A stretch of DNA of 64,000 nucleotides from Chloroflexota bacterium. GTDB taxonomy: Bacteria > Chloroflexota > UBA11872 > VXOZ01. Shown piece by piece: positions 37,993-47,600 of this stretch. Every line of letters starts with the position of its first letter. The stretch's first letter is position 1. The position numbers and the translations under genes were made by a program. Location: positions 1,824,001-1,888,000 of the forward strand of contig OY760183.1 of NCBI GenBank assembly GCA_963663275.1. Reading direction: 5' to 3'. A model generated the notes under the pieces. That model saw only the letters and a list, made by a program, of their open reading frames with translations, made no database searches and had not been told where the DNA came from.

Positions 37993-38209
37993 GTCACGCT
38001 CTCCTCGACGTTCGCTCCCGGCGCGCCGCCCCGCGCCGCCTAGCTTAAAGCTACCACAGTGGTGTGCGACTGGTAAGTAGGGCGCAGCGACTCGTGTGTT
38101 CCACGACCGTTGTAGCGGGGGCAAGCGCGGGGATTGCGCGGTGGCGGCCATGCTAGAATAAGGCAACCCTGTAATCTCGTATTGATACGCGCCTGGGATT
38201 CACGCCCGC

Positions 38210-40177
38210 ATGTCTTCCGCCGAACCGCCGCTCGCGCCGTCACTTGAACCGGATAGCGCCGCCATTGCCGACGCCTACGGCCCGCGCGGGTTGCTGGCGG
38301 AGGCCGGCTGGGAGCACCGCCCAGGACAGCAGGAGATGGCGGTGGCCGTCTGGCAGGCGCTGACGGCAGGCCGTCACTTGGTGGTGGAAGCGGGCACCGG
38401 CGTGGGGAAGAGCCTCGCCTACCTCATTCCGGCCGTCCTGGCGCGGCGCGCCGACCCGAAGCGCGGGCCGATCATCATTTCAACGGCCACCAAGGTGCTG
38501 CAAGACCAACTCTTCTCCAAAGACGTGCCGGCCGTGCAGGAGTTGCTGGCGCCGTTCGGCATCGAGTTCACCGCCATTGTCGCCAAGGGACTGGGGAATT
38601 ACGCCTGCAAACTCAAGCTGGATGAGGCGACCGGCAGCCTGATTGCGCCGGAAGGCCTGGCGGGTCTGGTGGAGTGGCTGGGAGAGACGACCACCGGCGA
38701 CGTGGACGAACTGCGCTTTGGGCTGACGCCGGAACTGCGCGAGCGCGCGGTCGCTTCCGACACCGATTGCATTGCGATGCGGTGCCGCTACTATCACGAC
38801 CGCTCGTGCTGGTACTACGCCATGCGCGAGCAATTGAGCCGGGCGGACGTGGTCATCTGCAACCACGCGCTGCTCTGCCTGAGCACGCTCGCCGGTATTC
38901 TGCCGCAGCACGCTTTTCTCATCATCGATGAGGCGCATCAACTGGAGAACTTTGCCTACGCGGCCTACACGGATACGCTGACGCCGCGCAGCCTCACCCG
39001 CCTCATCCCGGATGAATCCGGTCTGGAAGGCGTGCGTGATGAACTCCAACGGGGCGTGGCGGCGTGCTGGGAGCAGTTTACGGCCTTGCTCATGAACCGG
39101 GGACGGGGCGATTGGGGCAGCCGCCAGGTAGCGGTACCGGAGACGATGACGTTCGACGGCGGGCCGGTGACGCGCGCGCTCAATCGCTACTACCGGATGC
39201 TCACGGAGCGTCTGCCCCAGATGCCGAGCGAGGAGGAAGAGGCGAAACTGGAGAAGCGCATCGAGCAGGTGGAAAACGCGGTCAACCGGGTGGAACGATT
39301 TTGCGCGCCGACGCTGCGCGGCTCATTGCGCTACGTGGACGAGGGGCGCGGCGGCGTCAATCTGCACTACACTCCCATCGACGTTGCGGAGCACCTGGCG
39401 GCGCTCGCCGAGCGGACGGAGTCCACGGTGTACACGTCGGCGACGCTGGCGGTGGGCGGCCGCATGGATTTCTTTGCGGCGCGGGTGGGGGCCCACGACT
39501 ATCAGGAACGCATCTGCGCCAGCCCCTTCGTCTTTCAGGAGCAGGCGCTCATCTGGGCGCCGCGGCCGCGGGACCTGCCCGCGCCGCCGTCCCGCTGGGA
39601 AGGCGACGCGGCCCACGCCTACCTGGCGGCCTTGGTAGACCGCCTGGAACGCTTGGTGCTGGCTTCGCAGGGGCGCGCGTTCCTGCTCTTCACCAGCTAT
39701 CGGGCGCTGGAGCACTGCTACCGGGAGCTGACGCGGCGCGTGGGGGAACAACTGCTCTGCCTGCGCCAGGGCGAGATGCCGCGCCGGGAGTTGCTGCGGG
39801 TCTTCATGGAGGACGGACACGCGGTGCTCTGCGCCACCAAGTCGTTCTGGCAAGGGGTGGACGTGCCGGGCGAGGCGCTCTCCCTGGTGGTGATCGACCG
39901 GCTGCCGTTTGCCGCGCCTTCGCCCTTGTCCCAGGCGCGGCTGGACGCGGTGACCGAGGCGGGGGGCAACTGGTTCCGCGACCTGATGCTGCCGGAAGCG
40001 GTCATCGACCTGAAACAGGGCTTTGGCCGCCTGATTCGCGGCCCGGAGGATAGCGGCGTGATGGCGCTGCTGGATGCGCGCATCCACACGAAGTTCTACG
40101 GGCGCATGATCCTCAATTCGCTGCCGCCGGCCCGCCGCGCGCGGGACTTCACCGACGTGGAGCGGTTCTTCCGGTAG
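38210..40177 (+). CDS. DinG/YoaA family ATP-dependent DNA helicase
   Basis: RPGQ, EAGTGVGKS, Fe-S cysteines, DEAH, TSATL, LFTSY, WQGVD, QGFGRLIR. Confidence 0.93.
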   Translation: MSSAEPPLAPSLEPDSAAIADAYGPRGLLAEAGWEHRPGQQEMAVAVWQALTAGRHLVVEAGTGVGKSLAYLIPAVLARRADPKRGPIIISTATKVLQDQLFSKDVPAVQELLAPFGIEFTAIVAKGLGNYACKLKLDEATGSLIAPEGLAGLVEWLGETTTGDVDELRFGLTPELRERAVASDTDCIAMRCRYYHDRSCWYYAMREQLSRADVVICNHALLCLSTLAGILPQHAFLIIDEAHQLENFAYAAYTDTLTPRSLTRLIPDESGLEGVRDELQRGVAACWEQFTALLMNRGRGDWGSRQVAVPETMTFDGGPVTRALNRYYRMLTERLPQMPSEEEEAKLEKRIEQVENAVNRVERFCAPTLRGSLRYVDEGRGGVNLHYTPIDVAEHLAALAERTESTVYTSATLAVGGRMDFFAARVGAHDYQERICASPFVFQEQALIWAPRPRDLPAPPSRWEGDAAHAYLAALVDRLERLVLASQGRAFLLFTSYRALEHCYRELTRRVGEQLLCLRQGEMPRRELLRVFMEDGHAVLCATKSFWQGVDVPGEALSLVVIDRLPFAAPSPLSQARLDAVTEAGGNWFRDLMLPEAVIDLKQGFGRLIRGPEDSGVMALLDARIHTKFYGRMILNSLPPARRARDFTDVERFFR

Positions 40178-40331
40178 CGCGGGTGTGCATCCCGCGTCCC
40201 ATCGTCAGGCCGGTAGCGCAGGTTTGTAACCTGCGTCCCCATCGGTCACCGGTAGCGCAGGTTTGTAACCTGCGTGCGCCCGGTGCGGGCAGCGTCTCTT
40301 GCGCGTACACCGTTCCAACCCTGTTACCAAC

Positions 40332-40481
40332 GTAGGGGCGGTTCGCGAACCGCCCCTACACGCCGATGGAATCGTCCCTACGCACGGATGGAACCGCCCC
40401 CGCGCACGGATGGAACCGCCCCTACACGCCGATGGAACGGCCCCCGACGGAGGCCTGGATTCCCGCGTGCGCGGGAATGAC
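40332..40481. repeat. Family F REP, then ~4.5 tandem 22-bp units, then a family G palindrome (CTGGATTCCCGCGTGCGCGGGAATGAC)
   Basis: gtaggggcggttcgcgaaccgcccctac; gaaccgcccctacacgccgatg-like units. Confidence 0.85.
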
Positions 40482-40496
40482 GGGCCGGAACGAATG

Positions 40497-41867
40497 CTAT
40501 TGCTGTAACGGGCCTTGCGGCATGTGGCGCTGCGCCCAGGTGACGATTTCCTGCGTAAGCAGCCGTTCCACGCCCAGGGTCTCCTTGCGGTCGGCGAGCA
40601 GTTTGCTGAACGCCCGCAGTTGCAGTTGGTTCAGGATGTGGTCTTCCAGCGGGAGGTCCTCGGCCTTTTCCAGCACCTCGATGATGTGGAAGCCGAAGGG
40701 CGTCTGCACCGGGTCGCTGATCTGCCCCGGTTCCATGGCAAAGGCCGCCTGTTCGAACGCGGGCGTCATGACGCCTTGGGGGAACCAGCCCAAGTCGCCG
40801 CCGATTTCCTTCGTGCCGGTGTCCAGGGACATCTCGGCGGCCAGTTCGGCGAAGTCCTCGCCGGCGTCCAGGCGTTCTTTAGCCAGCGCGGCGTCCTCCT
40901 GGGTCGTGACCAGAATGTGGCGGGCGTTGACTTGCGCCTGGCTGGCGGGCACGCCGGCAATCGTCGCCTGTTCCAGGCGCTGCCGCCACCAGGCGTCCTG
41001 CACGCGCCGGTCGAATGTCTCACGCGACATGCCGGTGCCGGCAAGGTAGGCTTCCACCCGTTGTTCCAGCGCCGGCGTGGGCGTGGGGACGAGCGGCGTG
41101 GGCGTAGTCGGCGGCGCGGTCGGTTCCGGCGTGGGTGTGGGAGCAATCGCCGTGGCCGTTGCCGCGGCGTTCAGCTCGGCGCGGAGCAGCAACTGGTCGG
41201 ATTGGGTAATCTCAGCTTCTCCGGGCACGGCCGTGGGCTCGGGCAGCGGCGGCGGAATGAGCGACTCGATACTGATGCGCAACCGCTCCTCGCCGAATTC
41301 GTCCAGATAGGCGGCGGTGGCTTCCTCGCGCTCGGCGTCCGTAAACGTCCAGCCCAGCACGGCGGCTTCCTGGCGCACGATGAAGGACTCGATCATCTGT
41401 TCCAAGACGAAGCTGGGCAGGAACTGCAATTGCTGTTCCTGCTGTTGCAACAACCGGCTGGCGCCGCTGCTCAACGCGGTGGCGTCGGCGCCCTCTTCGC
41501 TGACGAGCTTGGGAAGGAGCTCTTGCACCTGCCGCGTCAGGTAGAAGCGGTGGGAGATGTCCGTGCCTAGGGCCTCGGCGTAGGCGGAGGCGTCGAGGCT
41601 CGTCGAGCCGATTCGCGCTACCGTGGCGCGGGCCTGGAAGACGTATTCGTTGAGATAGGCGTAGAGCAGAATGAGGGCGATGAGGCCAACGACGAAGCCG
41701 GCGCCCGCCAGCACGGCCCGGCGCTTGAGGCTGTCTTTCTCGCGCCGGGAGAGATGCGCGCCCCAGCCGAATATCAGCGGCTCGCCCTCTTCCGCCGGGT
41801 GCTCCAGGGGACGGGCGATGATGCGTTGTGCGCGCCGGCGGGTTTGGCCGGACTTTCTGCGTGGCAT
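40497..41867 (-). CDS. Membrane-anchored parvulin-type peptidyl-prolyl isomerase (PrsA/SurA-like)
   Basis: N-terminal TM; ARHILV, FAELAAEMS.D, GGDLGWF, FEQAAF, PVQTPFGFHII. Confidence 0.9.
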   Translation of the reverse strand: MPRRKSGQTRRRAQRIIARPLEHPAEEGEPLIFGWGAHLSRREKDSLKRRAVLAGAGFVVGLIALILLYAYLNEYVFQARATVARIGSTSLDASAYAEALGTDISHRFYLTRQVQELLPKLVSEEGADATALSSGASRLLQQQEQQLQFLPSFVLEQMIESFIVRQEAAVLGWTFTDAEREEATAAYLDEFGEERLRISIESLIPPPLPEPTAVPGEAEITQSDQLLLRAELNAAATATAIAPTPTPEPTAPPTTPTPLVPTPTPALEQRVEAYLAGTGMSRETFDRRVQDAWWRQRLEQATIAGVPASQAQVNARHILVTTQEDAALAKERLDAGEDFAELAAEMSLDTGTKEIGGDLGWFPQGVMTPAFEQAAFAMEPGQISDPVQTPFGFHIIEVLEKAEDLPLEDHILNQLQLRAFSKLLADRKETLGVERLLTQEIVTWAQRHMPQGPLQQ

Positions 41868-42036
41868 GGCAAGACCTTAACGTTGGCGATGCGTACGGGA
41901 GACGGAGCGGATGACACGGATTGCGCGCCGGGGTAGACGCCGGTTCGAGGCCGCAGGCCTCCAAGCCGCGCGCTTCACTCCAAGCAAGACGCGCGGCGAC
42001 ATGGCTTACGGCGCCGGCTCCGCGGCGCGGGCCGCT

Positions 42037-42372
42037 CTACCGCGCCCGCGCGTGTTCCGGCGTGTAGGGCAGCAGGGCCAGCGTGCGCGCGCGCTTGATG
42101 GCCGTGGCCAAGCGCCGCTGGTGCTTGGCGCAGGTGCCGCTCTGGCGGTGCCCGACGATCTTTTCGCGATCGTCCAGGTAGTTCCACAGGAGGTCGACGT
42201 TCTTATGGTCGATGACCTTGACGGCGTTGCCGCAGAAGTAGCAAGAGCGGCGGCGCCGCGGGCCGCGTCCGCCCGGCCCGCGCCGGCGCCCACCGAAGCG
42301 TCCGCCACCGCCGCCGCCGCCAAACCGTCCCGGCGGCCGGCCGCGCGAACCGCGTGAATCTCGATCGATCAT
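42037..42372 (-). CDS. rpsR: 30S ribosomal protein S18
   Basis: CYFC, IDHKNVDLL, GTCAKHQR..A.AIKRAR.LALLPY. Confidence 0.93.
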   Translation of the reverse strand: MIDRDSRGSRGRPPGRFGGGGGGGRFGGRRRGPGGRGPRRRRSCYFCGNAVKVIDHKNVDLLWNYLDDREKIVGHRQSGTCAKHQRRLATAIKRARTLALLPYTPEHARAR

Positions 42373-42502
42373 TCTCTTTCCTTTAACCTGTTAAGGGTGT
42401 GCTGTTAGGTTAGCGCGCTACGAGTGTGATATGCGTTCGCGCGCTACGGATGCGCTCCTGTCCCCTCTCCCTCAGGGAGAGGGTTAGGGTGAGGGTTCGG
42501 GG

Positions 42503-42928
42503 TTAGAAGGGCAGATCGTCCGGGTCGATGTTCTCTTCCGCCTCCTCGGCCGGCGCGCCGGCTTCCTCCGGCGTGCCTCCGGATGCGGCCCGCTCGCCGC
42601 GTGAGCCGAGCATCTGCATCTGATAAGCGGTGACCGCCAAGTTGGAGCGTTCCTGCCCATCCTGTCCTGTCCAGCGATCGAGCTTGATAGGCCCTTCAAT
42701 ATAGACCTGTTGCCCTTTGGTCAGGTAATTGGCACAAATCTCGGCCAGCCGATCCCAGGCGGTAACGCGAAACCACTCAGTTTCTTCTTCCTGTTGATCG
42801 TCTCGGCCACCCCGGCGGCGACTGACCGCAACGGAGAATGAGCAAACGGGCGTGCCGCTGCCTGTATAGCGCAACTCCGGGTCGCGCCCCAGGTGTCCGA
42901 TGAGCATGACTTTATTCAGCCCGGCCAT
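42503..42928 (-). CDS. ssb: Single-stranded DNA-binding protein
   Basis: LNKVMLIGHLGRDPELRYT; acidic tail DDLPF. Confidence 0.96.
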   Translation of the reverse strand: MAGLNKVMLIGHLGRDPELRYTGSGTPVCSFSVAVSRRRGGRDDQQEEETEWFRVTAWDRLAEICANYLTKGQQVYIEGPIKLDRWTGQDGQERSNLAVTAYQMQMLGSRGERAASGGTPEEAGAPAEEAEENIDPDDLPF

Positions 42929-42930
42929 GG

Positions 42931-43290
42931 TTACGCTTCCTCGCTTTCTGCGGTAGCGGCGGCCGCGGGTTCCGGCGGCTGGTCCGGCGTGAGCGGCGGC
43001 AGGCCCTCGGCGCGCACCGTGAGATAGCGCAGCACGGGCTCGGAGATCATGAGCATGCTCTCGATCTCGTTCACCAGCGTCGGGGCGTCGGCGCGGAAGT
43101 GCCAGAGCACGTAGAAGCCGTCGCGCAGGTGCTTGATGGGATAGGCGAGGCGTTTCCGCCCCCAGGTCTGGCGCGCAACCACCTCGCCGTTGTGGTCGAA
43201 AATGGCCCCGACGACGCGGTCGCCGACGGTCGTCAGGGTATCGGTGTCGACCTCCGGGTGGAAGATGACGACGAGTTCGTACAGGCGCAT
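42931..43290 (-). CDS. rpsF: 30S ribosomal protein S6
   Basis: MRLYELVVIFHP, WGRKRLAYPI, VLRYL; rpsF-ssb-rpsR gene order. Confidence 0.94.
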   Translation of the reverse strand: MRLYELVVIFHPEVDTDTLTTVGDRVVGAIFDHNGEVVARQTWGRKRLAYPIKHLRDGFYVLWHFRADAPTLVNEIESMLMISEPVLRYLTVRAEGLPPLTPDQPPEPAAAATAESEEA

Positions 43291-43391
43291 AGAGGTATTT
43301 TCCTTCCTCTGGGTTTGCCTCCGGTCGTGCGCGCCGGCGGGGTCTGGGTTGCGCCCTGCCGTCACGCGCCGAAAGCAGAAAGGTTTGGTTG

Positions 43392-43479
43392 TGGTGCCGA
43401 GGACCGGAGTCGAACCGGCACGAGCGTTAGAGCTCCTGGGAGTTTAAGTCCCATGCGTCTTCCATTTCGCCACCTCGGC
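43392..43479 (-). tRNA. tRNA-Leu (anticodon TAA)
   Basis: GCCGAGG/CCTCGGC acceptor stem, TGGGA-CTTAAAC-TCCCA anticodon arm, long variable arm, GGTTCGACTCC, encoded CCA. Confidence 0.95.
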
Positions 43480-43554
43480 TCGCCGGACGCGCGCTATGGT
43501 TGCGTTTGCGCGCCACTCCCACGCGGGGACGCAGGTCCTTGACTACCTTCTGCC

Positions 43555-43583
43555 ATTATATGTTGCCCAATTGCCACCTGCAA
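43555..43583 (-). promoter_or_regulatory. sigma70 promoter TTGCAG-N17-TATAAT for tRNA-Leu (and probably the rpsF operon)
   Basis: Minus strand reads ttgcag gtggcaattgggcaaca tataat. Confidence 0.7.
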
Positions 43584-43768
43584 CCACGGTCACGGCTCTT
43601 GATGCTTTCAAATGGAGGCGAGCATGGGCGCGGAAACGTCCAGGGCTTTTCTGGAGCGTCTCTCGAATTTCCGTTTGAGGATTGAACCCGTGGGAAAGAT
43701 CAGTACGCGCTAACCACTGTGGTACACTTTGAAATGTGTGGACATGACAAAACGCAAGGAGCCGAGCT

Positions 43769-44008
43769 ATGGCTACACTGGACCAAGAGTATGCCGTCTA
43801 TGAGTCCAGGCGAGAAGAGTTGGAAGCAAGTCAAGCGGGCAAGTACGCGCTCATTAAGGGCGATGAGCTTATCGGCGCATACGACTCGCTTGACGATGCG
43901 CTTCGCGTTGCGGTGCCAAAATTTGGAAGAGGTCCATACTTGATCAAGGAAATCGGTCTGCCCGAACCGGAATCGGTGTTCCCGGTCTTCTACGGTATTC
44001 GTCCATGA
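43769..44008 (+). CDS. Small DUF5678-like protein
   Basis: RBS AAGGAG; pattern REEL...GKYALIKGDELIGAYDS..DAL. Confidence 0.7.
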   Translation: MATLDQEYAVYESRREELEASQAGKYALIKGDELIGAYDSLDDALRVAVPKFGRGPYLIKEIGLPEPESVFPVFYGIRP

Positions 44009-44442
44009 TTGGTGTAGACTGTGGAGCCCCAAACGCCGACCTGCTGGTAGCAGAAGGGCCAATGCTACGGGTAAGAGTGGGGTTTGACCTTGACTACTTC
44101 CATGGTGGGTCTGAGTCCCCCTCCTTGCCGCCGACGGATATTCCGGCTTTGGTTGACACTGGCGCAACACTTAGCTGCATTGACTCTAGCCTTGCGGAGC
44201 GCCTTGGACTGCCTCGCATTGGAGACGCCCCGGTCGCAGGCGCACATGGACGCTACACTCTTCCAGAATACGCTGCGCAGGTGTATGTTCCAGACCTGGA
44301 CAGTACGATAACTGGTAGGTTTACTGGGGCGCATCTACATATAGGGGGTCAGAGGTATCTGGCCCTGTTGGGGAGGGCATTCCTTCGAGACATCACGATG
44401 GTCTACGAGGGACGTACCGGTAGAGTGTTCATCCACTACTAG
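44005..44442 (+). CDS. Retropepsin-like (clan AA) aspartic protease
   Basis: ALVDTGAT..CI..SLAERLGL and LLGRAFL; ATGA overlap with the upstream gene. Confidence 0.82.
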   Translation: MIGVDCGAPNADLLVAEGPMLRVRVGFDLDYFHGGSESPSLPPTDIPALVDTGATLSCIDSSLAERLGLPRIGDAPVAGAHGRYTLPEYAAQVYVPDLDSTITGRFTGAHLHIGGQRYLALLGRAFLRDITMVYEGRTGRVFIHY

Positions 44443-44673
44443 CCTTCTCAGCCCCGAATCGATACGCGAATGGTTCAAGGCTTCGGGTAGGCCAGTGGCG
44501 GAATGAGCGCGATACTGCAAGAGTTGAGGACGTAAGCCACCGTCTAACGTAGCAATCTGACGTAGTCACACCAGCCAGTGAGCCGAGAATGTTGACGAGA
44601 CAGCTAACACTCCTAGACGATGACTCTACGTGCCGGACGCTCCTGTTGTAGGGAAAAGCGATAGGATGCGGCG

Positions 44674-47600
44674 CTAGAGTTGCGCTTGGACGCGGACGAG
44701 TTGGGCGTAGGTGCCCGCCGCGCCGGCGAGTTCTTCGTGAGCGCCCTGTTGGGTGACGCGCCCCTCGTCCAGGACGATGATGGTATCCGCGTCGCGCACG
44801 GTTGACAGGCGGTGCGCGATAACCAACGTCGTGCGGCCGCGCATGAGTTCCGCGATGGCCCCGCGCACCTCGCGCTCGTTCTCCGTGTCCAGGTGAGAAG
44901 TGGCTTCGTCCAGGATGAGAATGGGCGCTTGCTTGAGCAGGGCGCGGGCGATCGCCAGCCGCTGCCGCTGGCCGCCGGAGATGGACGTGCCGCGCTCGCC
45001 CACCACGGAGTCGTAGCCGCGCGGGAAGGCCCGGATGAACTCGTCGGCGCTCGCCATCTTGGCCGCATCCTCGATCTCCGCGTCGGTGGCGTCGGGCCGC
45101 GCCAGGCGCAAATTCTCACGAATGCTCATATTGAACAGGTAGATGTCCTGGGAAACGAGCGAGACGCGGCTGCGCAGGTCGTCCAGGGTGAAGCCGCGCA
45201 GGTCGTGCCCGCCGAACGTAATGCGCCCCTGCTGCGGGTCCCAGAAGCGCATGAGCAGGTGCGCCACGGTGGTCTTGCCCGCGCCGGACGGGCCGACTAA
45301 CGCGACCGTCTGGCCGGCTTCCGCCGCAAAGGAGACGCCGCTGAGGGCCTGCGGCTCGCCGGGGCCGTAGTTGAACCAGACGTCCTCGAAGGCGACGGCG
45401 GGCGCGGCGGCCGCGGCCGGCGAAACATCGTGGCCGTCGTCCACCGGCGCCGGTTCGTCCTGCACGGCAAAGACGCGGCGGCCGGAACCAAAGGCGTTTG
45501 CCAACTCCTTGACGATGCGGGCGATTTCGGCCACCGGCGTAAAGCAGGTGAGCGCCAGCATGGTCGCCACCGGCAGCGCTGCCGCCGTCAGCAGTCCCTC
45601 GTTCACCAGGTACGCGCCCAGCATCAGCACCACCAGCGCGCCGACGGCCTGGATGCCCTCGATCGCGCCCTGCTGGAAGCCCAGTTGCCTGCCGTAGCGC
45701 ACCTGCAAGCCGGTGAGCGCGTCGCTCTTATCGTGGATTTCCCGCAAGCGGCGGCCGTCCTGCGAAAAGACCACCACCTCGCGCAAGCCCTGCACGCTGT
45801 CGGCCATGTGGGCGTTCACCTCGCCGAGTTCGGCGCGCAAGCGGTTGCCCAGCCGGTCGGTGTGCCGTCCGATGTAATGGGGACTCAGCCCGACCAGAAT
45901 GAGGAAGGGCACCAGCGCGAGGGCGAGCAGCCACGACATACTCAAGAGGAAGCCGAGCGCCACCAAGGGCACCATGATAGCCACCAATATCGGCCCGGCG
46001 GCGTGGGCGAAGAAGGACTCCACGGTCTCGATGTCCGACGTGACGATGCTCGTCAGGTCGCCGCTGCGGCGGCTGTACATGTAGGCGGGCGCGAGATGGT
46101 CTAGGGTGTCGAAGAGCTTGATGCGCATGTCGGCCAGGATGCGGTACGCCATGTCGTGGGAGATCCAGGCCTCGATCCAGTGGAAGAGCGCCACCGTAAC
46201 CGCCAACGCGAGCACAATCGGGATCATGGGGCCCAGACCGCCGTCGGTGGCCACCCGGCCAGCGAGCATGGCGCTGGCCACGCCGAGCGCAATGGTGGCT
46301 CCGGCTTTCACCAGGCCGCTGCCGACGGTGATGGCGAATTCCAGCCACTCCGGGCGGATGAGCCGCATCAGGCGGCTGCTCGTTTCCACAGCGCCGAGCA
46401 TCACCGGCTCAATGGGCTTGGCGTGGGCGGCGCTGCGTAGGAAGTGGCCGTCTTGACCGTCGGACGCGGGCTCGGTGTGTGCCGCTTTCGCGCCCGCCGC
46501 ATGGGCTTGGGCGGTATCGCCATTGGTGGCGGCCGCGGCGAAAGTGGCTTCCCCATTGCCCGCGGCGCCGGCCGGCAGCCGCGCTTGCGCCGCCACCAGA
46601 CGAGCGTAGACCCCGTCGTGGGCCATCAGTTCGCCATGCGTGCCGCGTTCCACGCACGCGCCCCGCTCCAGCACGATGATCTGGTCCGCGCCGGCCACGG
46701 TGGAGAGGCGGTGGGCAATGATGATGGTGGTGCGATTCTCCATCAGCCGTTCCAGCGCCTCTTGGATCACCGCCTCGTTGCCGCTGTCCACGTGGGAGGT
46801 GGCTTCGTCCAGGATGAGGATCGGCGCGTCTTTGAGAATTGCCCGCGCGATCGCCAGGCGCTGCCGCTGGCCGCCGGAGAGCTTTTGGCCCCGCTCGCCG
46901 ATGATCGTGTGGTAGCCGGAGAGGAGTTTGGGGATGAATTCGTGGGCGTTCGCCGCCTGCGCCGCGGCCAGCACCTCCGCGTCGGTCGCCTCGGGACGCG
47001 CCAGCCGGATGTTCTCCAGCACCGTGCCGTGGAAGAGATACGTATCCTGCGCCACGATGGAGACCTGCCGCCGCAGGGTGTCCAACGGAATGTTGCGCAG
47101 GTCATGGCCGCCGAGCAGGATGCGCCCGGCCTGAGGATCGAAGAAGCGCAGCAGCAGGTTGGTGACGGTGGTCTTGCCCGCGCCGGACGGGCCGACGATG
47201 CCGAGCGTGGAGCCGGCCGGCACAGTAAAGGAAACGTCTTGCAGGGCCGGATGGTCGCCTTGCTCGTAGGTGAAGGTCGCGCGCTCGAAGTCCACGCGGG
47301 GTTCGAGGGGCGCGTCGTTGGCGAAAGGTGTGGCCGTGTTTCCGTTGGCGGGAATGGCGTCGGGATGGATTCCCGCCTGCGCGGGCATCTCGGATGCCCC
47401 TTGCGCCGGCGTACGGTCGGCAACGTCAACCACCTCCGGCTGCTCGTCCAGCAGCGAGAACATGCCGATGGCCGACGAGGTGCCGAGCAGGCCGGTGTGG
47501 TAAAGCTGGTTCAGTTCCCGCAGCGGGCGGAAGATTTCCACGCCCAGGAAGAGGACGATCATGAGCGGCGTAATGTCCAACGTGCCTTGATCGACGCGAA

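Noticed and set aside
42250-42372. Gly/Arg-rich N-terminal extension of S18
   Set aside because: Low-complexity extensions on S18 are common; not evidence of novelty
43392-44670. Integrative element at tRNA-Leu
   Set aside because: No integrase and no duplicated tRNA 3' end seen; the accessory genes lie on the 5' side of the tRNA
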